This document shows positions 1-12,292 of a stretch of 64,000 bases of DNA, in pieces. Under the pieces are notes generated by a model that saw only the letters and a program-made list of their open reading frames with translations, made no database searches and was not told the DNA's origin. Positions within the stretch are counted from its first letter, which is position 1, and the number at the start of each line of letters is the position of its first letter. Position numbers and translations under genes: made by a program. The DNA is from Heptranchias perlo. Lineage: Eukaryota. The stretch lies in NCBI RefSeq assembly GCF_035084215.1, contig NC_090340.1, forward strand, positions 3,534,001 through 3,598,000, given 5' to 3'.

Positions 1-29
1 CGCTGTCCTCAAAGCTCTCATGTCTGCAC

Positions 30-1580
30 GAAGCCTCCCTTTAAATGCATCAATGCTATCTGCTTCAGTCACTCTTATGTGGAAACGAGATCCACATTTT
101 CAACACTATCTGTAAAATGAAATGTATTCTCAGCTCTTTATTTGATCTATTAGTGGCTGTCTTATAGCTGTGCCCATTCGTCGTGGACTCATCAGTGGAA
201 ACAATTTCTCCTATCGAATCCTTTCATATTTTTATAGACCTCTATCAGTCCTCCTCTTACTCTACGCATTTTCGAGAGAAAAGAGCCGCAGCCTGCATAA
301 ATCTTTCCTGCTATTTGCATCATCTCAATTCTGGTAATAACATTTCAAATCTTTTCTACACTTTCTCCAGTGGTTCTATACGCTTTTTATAATATGACGA
401 CCAGAACGTCGCACATTACTCCAAGTGTGGTTCTAAATCAATTAAATATTACCTTTCCGCTTTTTTGTTCTATTCTTCGAGAAATGAACCTTATTGCTTT
501 GTTTCTACTCTTTATGACCACCTGAACTTGTGTAGCTACTTCGAACGATTTATCTATCTTTCCTCCCTGACGTCTTTGCCCCTCTGGTGTTAGCTATGGC
601 TCAGCGGTAGCACTCTAGCCTCTCAGTGAGAAAATTGTGGGTTCAAGTCCCATTTCTGAGAATTGAGCACATAATCTGAGCTGACACTCCAATACTGAGG
701 AGTGCTGCTCTGTCGTGAGTTTTGCTTTTTTCTGATGAGACGTTAAACTGACACCCTGTCTTTCCTCAGAGGTGAAAACACCCCATTGCACTATTCGAAG
801 AAGAGCAAAGGATTTCTTTCGTTGTCCTGGCCACTATTTATGCTTCAACCAACATCATTAAAACAGATTATCTTGTCAGTAACACATTGGGACATTACTG
901 TGCGCAAATTAGTTGCCGCGTTTTATAAATTACAACAGTGACTACACTTCAAAAGTATTTCATTGTCTATAAAGTGCTTTAGGATGTCCTGATTTAGTTT
1001 CTTATCCTCCAAGGAAAATGTTGCTTCTTCCATTCTCCTACCTAAATGAACCACCTCACAGTTGCCTACATTGAATTTCATTTACCATTTATCAACCAAA
1101 TCTGCAACCCTGTTTATGAATTAATTTATTTTGGTTTTCCCCTCCACACTGTTAGCTATATCCCTCCAATTTGATACCATCTTGAAATTTTGTCACCATG
1201 CTTCCAGTTACTGCGTACAAATGATTTCCATATATGGTGAAAAATAATGGTCCCACAACCGATCCTCTGTTTTCTGTTATGTAGCCATCTTTCAATCCGT
1301 TCTGCTAACTGGTCCATGACTCCACACTCCCTGACCTTTGTCATGAGTCTCGCATGTGGCACCTTATTGAAAACCTTCTGAAAACACATGTATGCCATAT
1401 TCATTGCATTGTCCTTGTCTACTGTTTGTGTTATTTCGTCAAAGAATTGAATAAGGTTGGATGAACATGATATCTTCCCTATAGAAATCCTTGCTGACAT
1501 GTTTTGTTATGTTCTACTTCTCTGGATGATTTGTTTTCTCATATTTTAGCAAAGATTCTTGCATATTTCCTTTTTCTGAC
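30..1580 (-). mobile_element. Decayed CR1 LINE RT fragment, split by a SINE
   Basis: ORF 1156-1500 carries FQKVFNKVPH, WLHNRKQR; the CR1 3' part continues at about 30-585. Confidence 0.75.
590..991 (+). mobile_element. tRNA-derived SINE with Deu-like core
   Basis: A box tggctcagcggt, B box ggttcaagtccc, core gcactattcgaagaagagc...tcaaccaacatc; other copies in the window. Confidence 0.8.
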
Positions 1581-2656
1581 ATTAAGACATCGCATTGTTC
1601 ATAATATTTATTTTCAGCCAGTTATTTCAAAGTAAGACAGCGTGCTACCATGAAGTGATGAATAAACTGGAATTTACAATTGATAACTTTACGTAAGTAT
1701 ACAAGTGTAATCGTTTTATACATTGCGACGGTGCACGGCCCTTTTACCTTTAGATTGAGATTGAATCTACCCCGACTGATCCTGAACGCCTCTCCAGTCT
1801 ACCTGTTGTGCAGGTGTTGGGCAAAATGTTCTTCTGCTGAGTTCCCAACGAGTGTAGGTCTACATTGTGAAATTGACATTGAATTGGTAAACAAGTTTTA
1901 AGGGCACAAGAATGGTGGGTACAGGAATTGCCAATGTCACACTTTAACAAGGCATATTTTGAGATACAATAGAAGGTGCTCTACTGTGCCACCTATATTT
2001 GCCCTGGTAAGGCATGAGTCGAACATGGGTAGCATGAATAAACAAAGTAGTTTTATTGGCCAGAACTTTTACACTTCAACTGAAAACAAAAGCTTTATTA
2101 GTGGAACGCTAAATACTTTAAACAATTGATTCACGGAATACTCAATTAAACATTACTAGCAAGGAACAACATATTGACTTTAATATTAACTGGAGATCTC
2201 TAACATAAGTCTATGCCGCTTGCTGTCCTGACATTCCACCTTTTAATAGATTTCTCACCAGACCGGAAGTCAAGAAAGCATGTCATAATGTTAATATAAA
2301 CACTTCGGAAACATTTCACTTAACCAGAAATAAACTGTAGATCAGCATCTGATAAACAAAGCTAGGTTGATGTCTGGGATGGAACGCCTCATAGGAAGCA
2401 TTGATATCAGATTGTGTTGTGGTTGTCTACTATTAACGATTTAAGTTTGAGATTGACAGAACTGAAGGTTTGGCTGTTTTTAAATGTATATGTAACAGGG
2501 ATAGAGACGGCCCGCACGGACCAGTGAAATGGTACATCCACCAGTAGCCACATTTCGCTTTTTGTTCTCTTAGATAATCCGCGGTTCTTTCCTTATTGAT
2601 TCGCTGACGCGTTTCATTCTCTTCAGGTTTCCGACTTTGATTGCAACATATGCCAT

Positions 2657-2692
2657 CTACAGCAATCTATCTTCAACCGTCTCTTTCATGGT
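2657..2692 (-). CDS. Gene A exon 6, terminal cytoplasmic exon TMKETVEDRLL-stop
   Basis: attttacag|ACC acceptor resembles the gene B last exon (atttcacag|ACC); TAG at 2657-2659. Confidence 0.6.
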   Translation of the reverse strand, partial: TMKETVEDRLL

Positions 2693-5600
2693 CTGTAAAA
2701 TTGAAGCGTTTTCCGGTTAGCTGGATTAGTCAGCAGAGTGATGCATGGAACAGAACGCGGTCGGCTGTAACTAAATTAATGTTTCAACGAATATGTCATT
2801 TGAATAAAGAATATATCATAGCAGTATATCATTATTGAAATTTCACAACTTTTATTTCTGACCGCATCGTGCTTAACATTTTCCGCCTGATCAGAGCGTC
2901 TTACAATCACCAAGAAGTGTAACAAAACACCATTACATTCCTTCGAATTCTAAAAAATCCTAGAAGCTGAAAAACAGTATAATTTTCTTCTACACTCAGT
3001 GAACAACTGCATTGTGCCCAGAATGTGTGCCTCAGACATGGGTTCAATGACACACAAAGAGGTGTTTTATCAATATTGAGAAGGAGATGCCGAAGTGAAG
3101 TCGTGCATTGGGACCTGGAGTTTGAGTTCAGCCTGTACTGATAGATGACTCTCCTTTTCTTGACCCATCTCGATCTCACTCATCATGTGGTGGTTTTCAG
3201 CGTCAAATATACAATTTATTAAAAATCGACATGGAAGAATTATTAACCTCACTCAGAGAAGCCAGCGATGAGTAGGCCGGAGAGTAGGGATGATACTTAG
3301 GGGCCAGATGTCTTGTTTTTCATCAGGTGGAGCTTTAGGCATTTTATTGAAGCCTAATAAATTAATCAGTTAATCAGTCTGTATCTAACTCTACTGCACC
3401 AGACCTCGGGGTGTTAAATGGGGGAGTGTCGACGAAGGTCTACTCTGCTCTGGGAGTGTTTGATGGGACAGTGTAGAATGAAATTTGTTCCCAATCCACC
3501 CCCTGCTGTAAATGACTGGAAATGTTTAAAGCCGGAAATGGGACTGATGGGGATTTATTGATTTTGTACAGTGGCCCCTCGTGGACATGAGCATAAACAT
3601 TTACCAACAATCTAAATGTGAAAAATACGGGATAATCGCATAAGGCAGAAATTTCAAATATGTTCAGTTTTAGATCACATTCTTTTAAGACCTCAAGCAT
3701 TTTCGAAAATGTGCGAGAGAAACATACCCGTTCTTCGAAGTGTTGAGATTCCTCTTCTTTTCTGCGTGCGCCTGGTGAAATACAACATTTATCTTTCAAC
3801 ATATATCAGGAAGTTAGGCACTGAGAGCAGGGGAATCCGACTTAGTCTCAGCCAATAAGACCTTCAGGATCGCAGCTCATGACAAGTTTTGAAAATTTAA
3901 TCGCAACGCCGCCTTCCTTTGAACAATTTTGAATTAAAGTTCCCGCAATGCATTCGGCCCATAACACAAGGAATTACTGATTGCAATCTATGAAAAGCAC
4001 CGAAAAATGCAAATAGCTGTTCTCGTTAATCATTTATTTTAAGTTCATTTGAATGACACTTGGACAAATCATCAATGTCACATCGTGGAACCAATTAAAG
4101 CTGTTCAACAAATCAACAGAATTCGATTCCTGTAGCAGTTTTAACGCGTCTTAATCAGCCTGCCGTCATATTGTTCTCTTTTTTATTACAAATGTATCAC
4201 AATGAAACTGCAGATTTGGCTCCTTACCTTTACAGTTACTGAGTTGGCAACTCTTCCCAATGACGGCGACGAGGGCTAGAAGTATCAATGCACCCACTGT
4301 ACATCCAGAAATCAGTAGGTAATGGGGGATGTGTTCATTGCCTATAATAATAATAATGTGTTAGTTGCACGATTTATGTAATCAGTGCCTCCATAATGAG
4401 ACTGTTAACTCGGGCAAGCTGATTTAGTTCTAGATATCATATATACGTTTATTGATTCTGGTTTTCCCTTCAGCAGAATCCGGCATGTGAATTGTCTGCA
4501 TTACAGGGGCAAAACATAATTTTTCGATTTTCATTGACACGACAATGATGAACTTTGAAGCTAAGAAGACTGTGGCGCAAATTGCAGCCGCATTATTCAT
4601 CCTTGGTTGATGCCTCCCGGAGACCATCAGCTGAAACAGGAATTGACTTGGATCGGCAGGGTATCAATAAAGGGAAATATTTAATTAAATGAGAAAAATA
4701 CATTCTACGTATTTCTCTCTTTATTAAAATACCAGGAATTGAATCTGATGAACATTAATATAATTCAGTTCATAATTATAATCTTTATAGATTAAAATCT
4801 TTTCCTCTGATGGAGAAATTTTACTTTTTTTCATCTGTTATACAAATCCGCAAATAGCAACAATCTTTAAATGAAAACTCTTTAAATTTATTGTCTGCCA
4901 AAAACAAAACAGACTGATGGCAAATAATCAGATTTATAGTTAACGATGGCTGCCAATATCTGTAAAAATGTCAACATTTTACCTGGGTCAGAAGTGGAAT
5001 CAAAGTAAACCGCTACGGCTGGACTCTGCAGTGTGAGGTGAGACACCACACAGGTATGTATTACCCCGCTCTGGGCTGGCTGTGTCGCTTTAAAACTGCT
5101 GGAAGCTTCATACATTCCCTCCGAATTCAGCTTTATAATGGTGGTGATTCCTGTCACAATGTTGATGTCATTTTTATACCAAGTGAAGGTGAGAGGCTCT
5201 GGATAGAACACAGCCGTCGCACACACAAGAGTTCGAGCAGATGAGTTGGTTCCGAACACTTTGGGAGACAGACTCACGGGTTCTGGGGAAGCTGTGGAGC
5301 AAGGCAGGGAATACATTGTCTCGATGTGGCGAACTTAGTCCGATTTGGCGCTCAGTCTTCTTGAATGTAACAGTGTGACTCTAGGTCACAGGTACTGAAC
5401 TAAACCACTGACTGGAACTGACCTGGATCTGCAGGGTCGCCATTTGCTTGTTGGATGGTACTATGAATCAAATTCACACTTTGGATACTGAACAATTCGA
5501 ATTAAGCTACTTCGCATAACTTTCTAGACTAAAATGCGGACGATTCACAACCGTGTTGCAGTAACAGGAGAATGTATTTCAATGCGAGTAAACATTCAGG

Positions 5601-8600
5601 GCGTCGGTGCTTCGTGCTTAGTCCAGGGAAAGAATTAAATTTAGCTTTTAACTCAGCAGATGTTTGCTCTGCTTTCTTATTGGGCAGCGTTTAGTAAATA
5701 GGCAAAACGTATTCAGGTAATATTTGCTTGAGTTCTTTGAGGACATAACGTACAGGGTGGATAAAGGGGAACCAGTGGACGTACTGTATTTAGACTTCCA
5801 GAAGGCATTCGACAAGGTGCCACATAAAAGATTATTGCTCAAGATAAAGAATCAATGGATTGGGGGTAATATTCTGGTATGGGTGGAGGATTGGTTATCT
5901 AACAGGAAGCAGAGAGTTGGGATAAATGGTTCATTCTCAGACTGGCAACCAGTAGCCAGTGGTGTTCCGCAGGGGTCGGTGCTGGGTCCCCAACTCTTTA
6001 CAATCTATATTAACGATTTGGAGGAGGGGACCAAGTGTAACATATCAAAGTTTGCAGATGATACAAAGATGGGAGGGAAAGTAGAGAGTGAGGATGACAT
6101 TAAAAACCTACAAGGGGATACAGACAGTCTGGGTGAGTGGGCGGAGATTTGGTAGATGCAATACAATATTGGAAAATGTGAGGTGATGCACTTTGGCAGG
6201 AAAAATCAGAGAGCAAGTTATTATCTTAATGGCGAGAAACTGGAAAGTACTGCAGTAGAAAGGGATCTGGAGGTTCTAATGCAAGAAAATCAAAAAGTTA
6301 GTATGCAGGTGCAACAGGTGATCAAGAAGGCCAACGGAATGTTGGCGTTTATTGCTAGGGGGGCAGAATATAAAAACAGGGAGGTATTGCTGAAGTTATA
6401 TAAGGTATTGGTGAGACCACACCTGGAATACTGCATACAGTTTTGGTGTCCATACTTAAGAAAAGACATACTTACTCTCGAGGCAGCACAAAGAAGGTTC
6501 ACTCGGTTAATCCCGTGGATGAGGGGGTGGACATATGAGGAGAGGTTGAGTAGATTGGGACTCTACTCATTGGAGTTCAGATGAATGAGAGGCGATCTTA
6601 TTGAAACACATAAGATTGTGAAGCGGCTTGATTTGGTGGATGCGGTAAGGATGTTCCCAAGGATGGATGAAACTAGAACTAGGGGGCATAATCTTAGAAT
6701 AAGGGGCTGCTCTTTCAAAACTGAGATGAGGAGAAACTTCTTCACTCAGAGGATTGTAGGTCTGTGGAATTTGTTGCCCCAGGAAGCTGTGGAAGCTACA
6801 TTATTAAATAAATTAAAAACTGAAACAGACAGTTTCTAAGTAAAGGGAATAAGGAGCGGGCAGGAAATTGGATATGAAGCTGAGTTCGGATCGGTCAAGG
6901 CCCTGTGGGTGGCGGTGCGGGCCCAGGGGCTGAGTGGCCCGGTCCTGCTCCTACTTCTTGTGTTCTTTAGATTTGAGGTTAGGATCTGATCAGCCATGAT
7001 CTTATTGAATGGCGGAGCAGGCTCGAGGGGCCGATTGGCCTACTCCTGCTCCTATTTCTTATGTTCTCATGTTCTTAATATAATTTCAAACTGTTCGCGT
7101 TAAGAATTGCAAATTTGGAACAAAGGGGCAAAATCATTACCGCCCAGAGTAGTGGTACTTTAAAGCCGGGAGTATTGTCGGGACATTATAAATAGAGTCA
7201 CAGAGTACAAAAGCCAGGAAGTTATGCTAAACATTTACAAATCGATGGTGAGACTTCAGCTGGTGTATTGTGTCCAATTCGGGGCACCATATTTTACGAA
7301 GAATGCAAAGGGTGTCGACGCGTTTGCCAGAATTATACCACGGATGAGGGACTTCAATTCTGTGGAGAGACTGGAGAAGCTGGGATTGTTTTCCTTGCAG
7401 CCGAAAAGGTTAACGGGAGATGTAATTGATATGTGCAAGATGAGGTGGGGTTTTGCACGAGTAAATAAGGAACAACTGTTTCCTTTGACAGGAGGATCCG
7501 TAAACAAAGAACATGGATTGAAGACAATTGGCAAGAGAACTAGACGAAACAAGTGGAAATTTATTTTTTAAACAGCGAGATGTTATGTTCTGGAATGCAC
7601 TGAGTGAACCGGTGGTGAAAGCAGATTCAATAGTAACCTTCAAAAGAGATTGGATATATACATGAAATATAATTTTGTAGGGTTATGGTTGAAGGGCAGT
7701 TGAGAGTGACAAATGGGATAGCTCTTTCAAAGAGCCGACACATGCACGATGGGCGGAATGGCCGCTTTGTCTGCTGTAAGATTCTATGAAATTAGAGGCA
7801 GGTGCTTTCATTGTGACAAGAGTTTTTAAACACACAGGAACAAGTGCATAACACAGGAAGGATCTGAAAATACTCAATAGCCCAGCTGTCCATTCCATAA
7901 ATCTAATACCTCTGAAGCGTCCACTCCATCAAATATCGATTCAATTCTCCCGTAAAATTTTCAACATTATCTGCGCCCATCGGACAGTCCGTTTTGCATG
8001 TTTACCACCTTCTGCGATATATATATACATATATATATATATATAAATCAGTTAAATCTAATGTCTCTGCCCACCTTCCCTCCGAGAAGTTTCAGCCATT
8101 GTGCGTTGGCTGCCGTCTTTGTGGAAATTTCGAGCTAACTATCCATTCCCTTAATAGTCTTGAACACTTGAATAAAATCCTCCATGCGCCTTCTGTGCTC
8201 CAAAATAAACACGCCCGGGCTCCGCAATGTCTCATCGTTACACAGGTACCTTAAACTAGTCTTCAGTTTGGCTGCCTGGTTGAAAAAAGCGTCCAATGCT
8301 TGTTTGTCCTCAATGTCGTTTTTTGATAGAATTGTACACCGTATTCAAGGCGTCGGCGTACCAGTTCCCCAATAATTTTACAATGCTAACACCAGGGATG
8401 AATTCAGTAAATAAGCAAAACAACTGATGATACAACATATTTAACTCTAGATACTTAAAACACTTTAAATATACCTGTACTGTAACTATCCATATATAAA
8501 TATACTACAGATTGACTGTTAGCCATGTTTGAAAAAAAGAAAACTCATAACGTGGCCCTCTGCCTCTTTTCGTTATTGTGGAATGGCGGTAGTGCAATAC

Positions 8601-9150
8601 CAACGATCGCATTTTTCTGCAAGGTCGCTTACCGTGCACAACAAGCTTCGATTCGGTTCCATTTACGATCCGGTTTCCAGTGTATCTCACTCCACAGTAA
8701 TAGAATCCGGAGTCTGGGACACGAACATTCACGATCTGGAAGGAAGCCTCTCCGTTTTCCAAAGGGAAGAATCGTTTACTGCCGTCAGAACTTGGTTTTA
8801 ATAAGTGTTTGTCGCCAAGTCTCCACCAATAAACATTCACATCTGAATTATCATGGACGGAGCTCGTCAGGCATTTGAAAGTAACGTCTGCACCTGAAAT
8901 CACACTGGTGATTTCAGGGGTTTGGAAAACTTCAGCGGGAGCAACTATAAAACAGTCAAAAAACATTAATTTCAAAATAGGGATAAATCATATTTAGGCA
9001 CGGATAGATAAATTGATCGCCAAATAAAGAGATAGATGGATAAATAGATAGAGATAGTATATAGATCGAAGAAAGAAAGAATGGTCCATTATAGCAGAGA
9101 ATACCTTTGTAAATAATCCCTAGCACCCATATGTACTGACACACAAACAT
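2657..9150 (-). CDS. Gene A: non-rearranging VJ-C1-TM Ig-superfamily receptor (SIRP/NKp30-like), 6 exons, 286 aa, short tail without tyrosine motif
   Basis: Exons 9150-9105, 8944-8633, 5291-4983, 4341-4228, 3771-3728, 2692-2657 have AG/GT borders and matching phases (1,1,1,1,0). They sum to 861 nt (286 aa + stop). Exon sizes are mirrored by gene B. Confidence 0.85.
3728..3771 (-). CDS. Gene A exon 5, 44-bp cytoplasmic exon (GARRKEEESQHFEER)
   Basis: tttcaccag| ... CGG|gtatgt; same 44-bp length and phases as gene B exon 5. Confidence 0.8.
4228..4341 (-). CDS. Gene A exon 4, transmembrane (YLLISGCTVGALILLALVAVIG-KSCQLSNCK)
   Basis: Not in the ORF track; ttattatag| acceptor, hydrophobic helix, donor AAG|gtaagg; homologous to the gene B TM exon. 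Confidence 0.88.
4983..5291 (-). CDS. Gene A exon 3, C1-set Ig domain
   Basis: ctccacag| acceptor; LVCATAVFYPEPLTFTWYKN...YEASS...TCVVSH C1 motifs; donor G|gtaaaa; 309 bp. Confidence 0.92.
5722..7076 (+). mobile_element. 5'-truncated, relatively young CR1 LINE in gene A intron 2
   Basis: Three consecutive same-frame ORFs (GVPQGSVLGP, KFADDTK) separated by single stops; 3' UTR ends in an ATGTTCT-type repeat. Confidence 0.95.
7190..7790 (+). mobile_element. CR1 3' fragment
   Basis: YKSMVRLQLVYCVQF...ERLEKLGLFSL; ends in gattctatga. Confidence 0.85.
8017..8046. repeat. (TA)n microsatellite
   Basis: Direct reading; one interruption. Confidence 0.9.
8633..8944 (-). CDS. Gene A exon 2, V-set Ig domain with germline J-like G strand
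   Basis: ttttatag| acceptor; VTFKC...VYWW...DSGFYYC...NGTESKLVVH; donor G|gtaagc. Confidence 0.92.
9003..9066. repeat. Degenerate (GATA)n tract in gene A intron 1
   Basis: gatagata...gatagatggataaatagatagagatag. Confidence 0.6.
9105..9150 (-). CDS. Gene A exon 1, signal peptide MFVCQYIWVLGIIYK(V)
   Basis: ATG at 9150, hydrophobic stretch, phase-1 donor AAG|gtattc; homologous to the gene B leader (VLQCISVLGIIFT). Confidence 0.75.
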
Positions 9151-9635
9151 TGTACAATGGATATTGATCAGCCAATGAACCACGGCTCTAATGGTTTGTA
9201 AGTATCTGTAGATAATGCGATCTGATTTGTGATGTGATGAGGTGTCGTATCATGTGCCTAAACCTGCTTTCGATAAGCTATTTTAAGTGGCGAGATGTGA
9301 ATGCAAATGTCATTTAATATGCATGAGAACCTGACCTCAACAGAAACTGTAATCTGAAGTTAAACCAAAGCCTCTCTGGTTGGCCTGTATGCGATTTATC
9401 TCACTGACGTATGATTAAGCAAGTAACAGGTTCTCGACACGTTGATGAAATTCACTGACTTCCTAGAAGCAGTTCATATTATACAGAAGATGTCGAAAGG
9501 AAGGGATGTGGGTGGTCGGATTGCCAATAAGCGAAAGTCGGAAAGCTTCAGCAAGAAGACAATTTGTGCTGAGTCTGGTCCAAGTGACCCTGCCCCAAAC
9601 CCGTCAGTATTTCCTCCCTCGGTCTGTATTATCCA

Positions 9636-10006
9636 TGCGGACACGATGGGCCGAATGGCCTCCTTCCGTGCTTTAACCTTTCTATGATTCTATGATTATG
9701 TGGTCAAGAACCAGACGACATAGATTTAAGACGAATGGCAAAAGATCCAGAGGTGACATGAGGAAAATGTTTTTTACACAGCGAGTGGTTATGATCTGGA
9801 ACGCACTACCAGAGGGGGTGGTGGAGGCAGATTCAATCGTGGCTTTTAAAAGGGAACTGGGTAATTACTTGAAAGGAAAATAAATGCCGAGGCACGGGGA
9901 TAGGGCGGGAGAGTGGGACTCGCTGGACTGGTCTTGCATCGAGCCGGCACAGAGTCGATGGGCCGAATGGCCTTCTTTCGTGCTGTAACCTTTCTACAAT
10001 TCTATG
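9636..10006 (+). mobile_element. Two tandem CR1 3' ends
   Basis: gatgggccgaatggcct...ctatgattct tail present twice; FFTQRVVMIWNALPE. Confidence 0.85.
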
Positions 10007-10213
10007 ACCCGATGCGGGACGTATTCGGAGCGGTAAAACGATGAAGCTGCAGATTTCCAAAGGCTGCGGCCAGGTAAAGGAGGACATCAGAGCATGGATT
10101 CTCCTCTTCGGGTCGCAGTTCCTTCAGGATGGTATTTCCACCTGTCCGTCCGAATCCAACCCGATCCTGATCCAATTTTTTCTGGTCGCGCTTCATCTGA
10201 TGCACAGGGCAAC

Positions 10214-10390
10214 TCCCATCATGCACTCGTGGAGGTATTGCTGGCTCAGGTCAAAGCGAGAAGGGATTGACTGTTGAGACTTTAGGTTAGGCAGCCTCAA
10301 AGGAGGGTGGTTCAGGCTGTTTTCAGGGAGGCTGCTGAGGATGTCTGTGCAACGTCACTACCAAAGTACTGCAGGAAGAGATTAAATGTA
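10214..10390 (+). mobile_element. Decayed Myb/SANT-like ORF of a PIF/Harbinger transposon
   Basis: Translates ALVEVLLAQVKARRD*L...EAAEDVCA...CRKRLN, similar to the Myb-like ORF at about 51540. Confidence 0.55.
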
Positions 10391-11484
10391 CCACTGAAAC
10401 TTCACTGACCACCTTGCCTCAAACTCTTTCTGATGATCTGAGTGTTGGGAAAAGTAACGCATGCATAGGCAAACCTCTTCAAGTACTCCAGCGCCACTTA
10501 AACTGAGAATCACTCTGTAAACTCACATAAGCTGTCACATTGGTTCTGTGCGTCTTCAGGGACATTTCCTTTAAAGACCTAATTCCCCAGCAACTCTCAT
10601 CATCACATGAGTGATGTATCCACTCAAATTGGTGAAAACAACATCGCTACCCCTGACCATTTAACAATATCTTCTCCTACCACAAAACGAAAGGGAAGTA
10701 CACAAACCCCAAGGGGGTATTCGGTCTGTCATGACACTGACACTTACGTGATACATAGTGTCATAAAATAGGTTAATAAAAGAGCATCACGGGTTAATTA
10801 GTTTGAGGGGCTGCAGTGAGATAGAAAGAGAAAGAGGGTGCAGCACGTGCCAGAAATATCTCTTTGCAAAACAGACAGCTTGAGCAAGATAAAATACAAT
10901 CGCAGATTTAAATGTAGCTGGTGTAGAAGTAATGAACAGTATTCCTCTAAAATTGAGCTTGGACACTAGAATCTTAGATGAATCTTATATCACAAGACTT
11001 TAGGAGTGTATCAGTTAAAGTATTTAAGGGTGGGCAGGTGATGTTACTATGGAACAGACGAGTCTAAGTATAATGGAAAATTAGCTGGAGAAACAAGAGC
11101 TACAAGATGAAATAACCCTGACAACGAGATAAGAGATGGGGCCTTATATCTAACGATTTCACCCTGCGATTAACTAAATGATGCACTGCCGAGCTGGACA
11201 AATCAGGTTCGAGTCAGTTTTCAGACAAATGGATAACAATTGGTGCTAACGTTAGATCATATCTTATGACCAAAAGTGTGTGTATTATAGTAAAAGTCAA
11301 AATGTGGAACGCAATTTATCTTGTTGGGGGGGGCGGGGGGGGGGAGGTGGTGTGAGTGGAGGGGGCTGAGGACTTCTGATCAAGAACGGCCTGGTAAAAA
11401 TTATAGGGAGTTGCTTGCTTATAATCACCTGTGCGTTCAATAAATCTTGAAAGATGAGTTGTCTCTTGATAAGTTGATAAGAGG

Positions 11485-12292
11485 CCATAGTGACCAGAGT
11501 TCAAGTGAGTGGGCAAAACTTTGGTAGATGTATTTCAGTGTGAGGAATTTTGAAGTTTGCACTTTGAATTAAGAAAGATAGATCAAAGTATGTTATAAAT
11601 GGTGAGAAGTTGGGAACTGTGCAGGCACAGAGAGATTTATGGGTCCAAGTACAGGAATCGTGAAAAGCTCGTGGACAGGTAGAAAAATAATTTAAAAGGC
11701 TAATGGAATGTTCGATTCATCTCAAGGGGGCTGGAATACAAGTGGGTGAAATTTATCCAACAGTTACATAACGCTCTGGTTCGACCTGGGCGCCACATCT
11801 CAGGAAGGGTAGAATGGCCATGGAGGGGGTGCAGTGCAGATTCATCAGAATGATACCAGGGCTAAAGGGATTAAATTATAAGGACAGGTTGCACAGACTC
11901 GGCTTATATTCCCTTGAGTATAGAAGGTTAAGTGAGGATTTAATGGAAGTTATTAAGATGATTAAATTATTTCATAAGGAAGCTAGAGAAAAACGATTTC
12001 CTTTGGTCGTAGAGTCCTGAACAAGGGGGCATAATCTTAAAATTAGATCTAGACCGTCCTTGGGCGATGTCAGGACACTTTTCTGCACACACTCTGTCCG
12101 TCAAAAGGCTGTTGAAATTAGGTCAACTGGAAATTTCAAAACTGAGGTTGATAGATTTTTGTTCGGTGAGGTTATTAAGATCTATGAAACTAAGGAGGGT
12201 AAATGGATTTAAGATACAGATCGACCATGATTTAATTGAAAGGCGGAACTTTCTCAAGGAGCTGAATGACCTCCGCCTGTTCTTATGTTTCT
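11485..12292 (+). mobile_element. CR1 3' fragment
   Basis: MEGVQCRFIRMIPGLKGLNYKDRLHRLGLYSLE; CR1 tail. Confidence 0.88.

Noticed and set aside
590-660. tRNA gene (also near 19510 and 50290-50350)
   Set aside because: A/B boxes continue into a SINE body and no complete cloverleaf is evident.
3380-3480. gggagtgtttgatgggacagtgtag segment
   Set aside because: Looks like a decayed unit of a common dispersed repeat; no array or spacer structure, so not CRISPR-like.
5722-6839. Active retrotransposon or programmed stop read-through
   Set aside because: 5'-truncated, and the two stops replace codons that are sense in other copies, consistent with ordinary decay.
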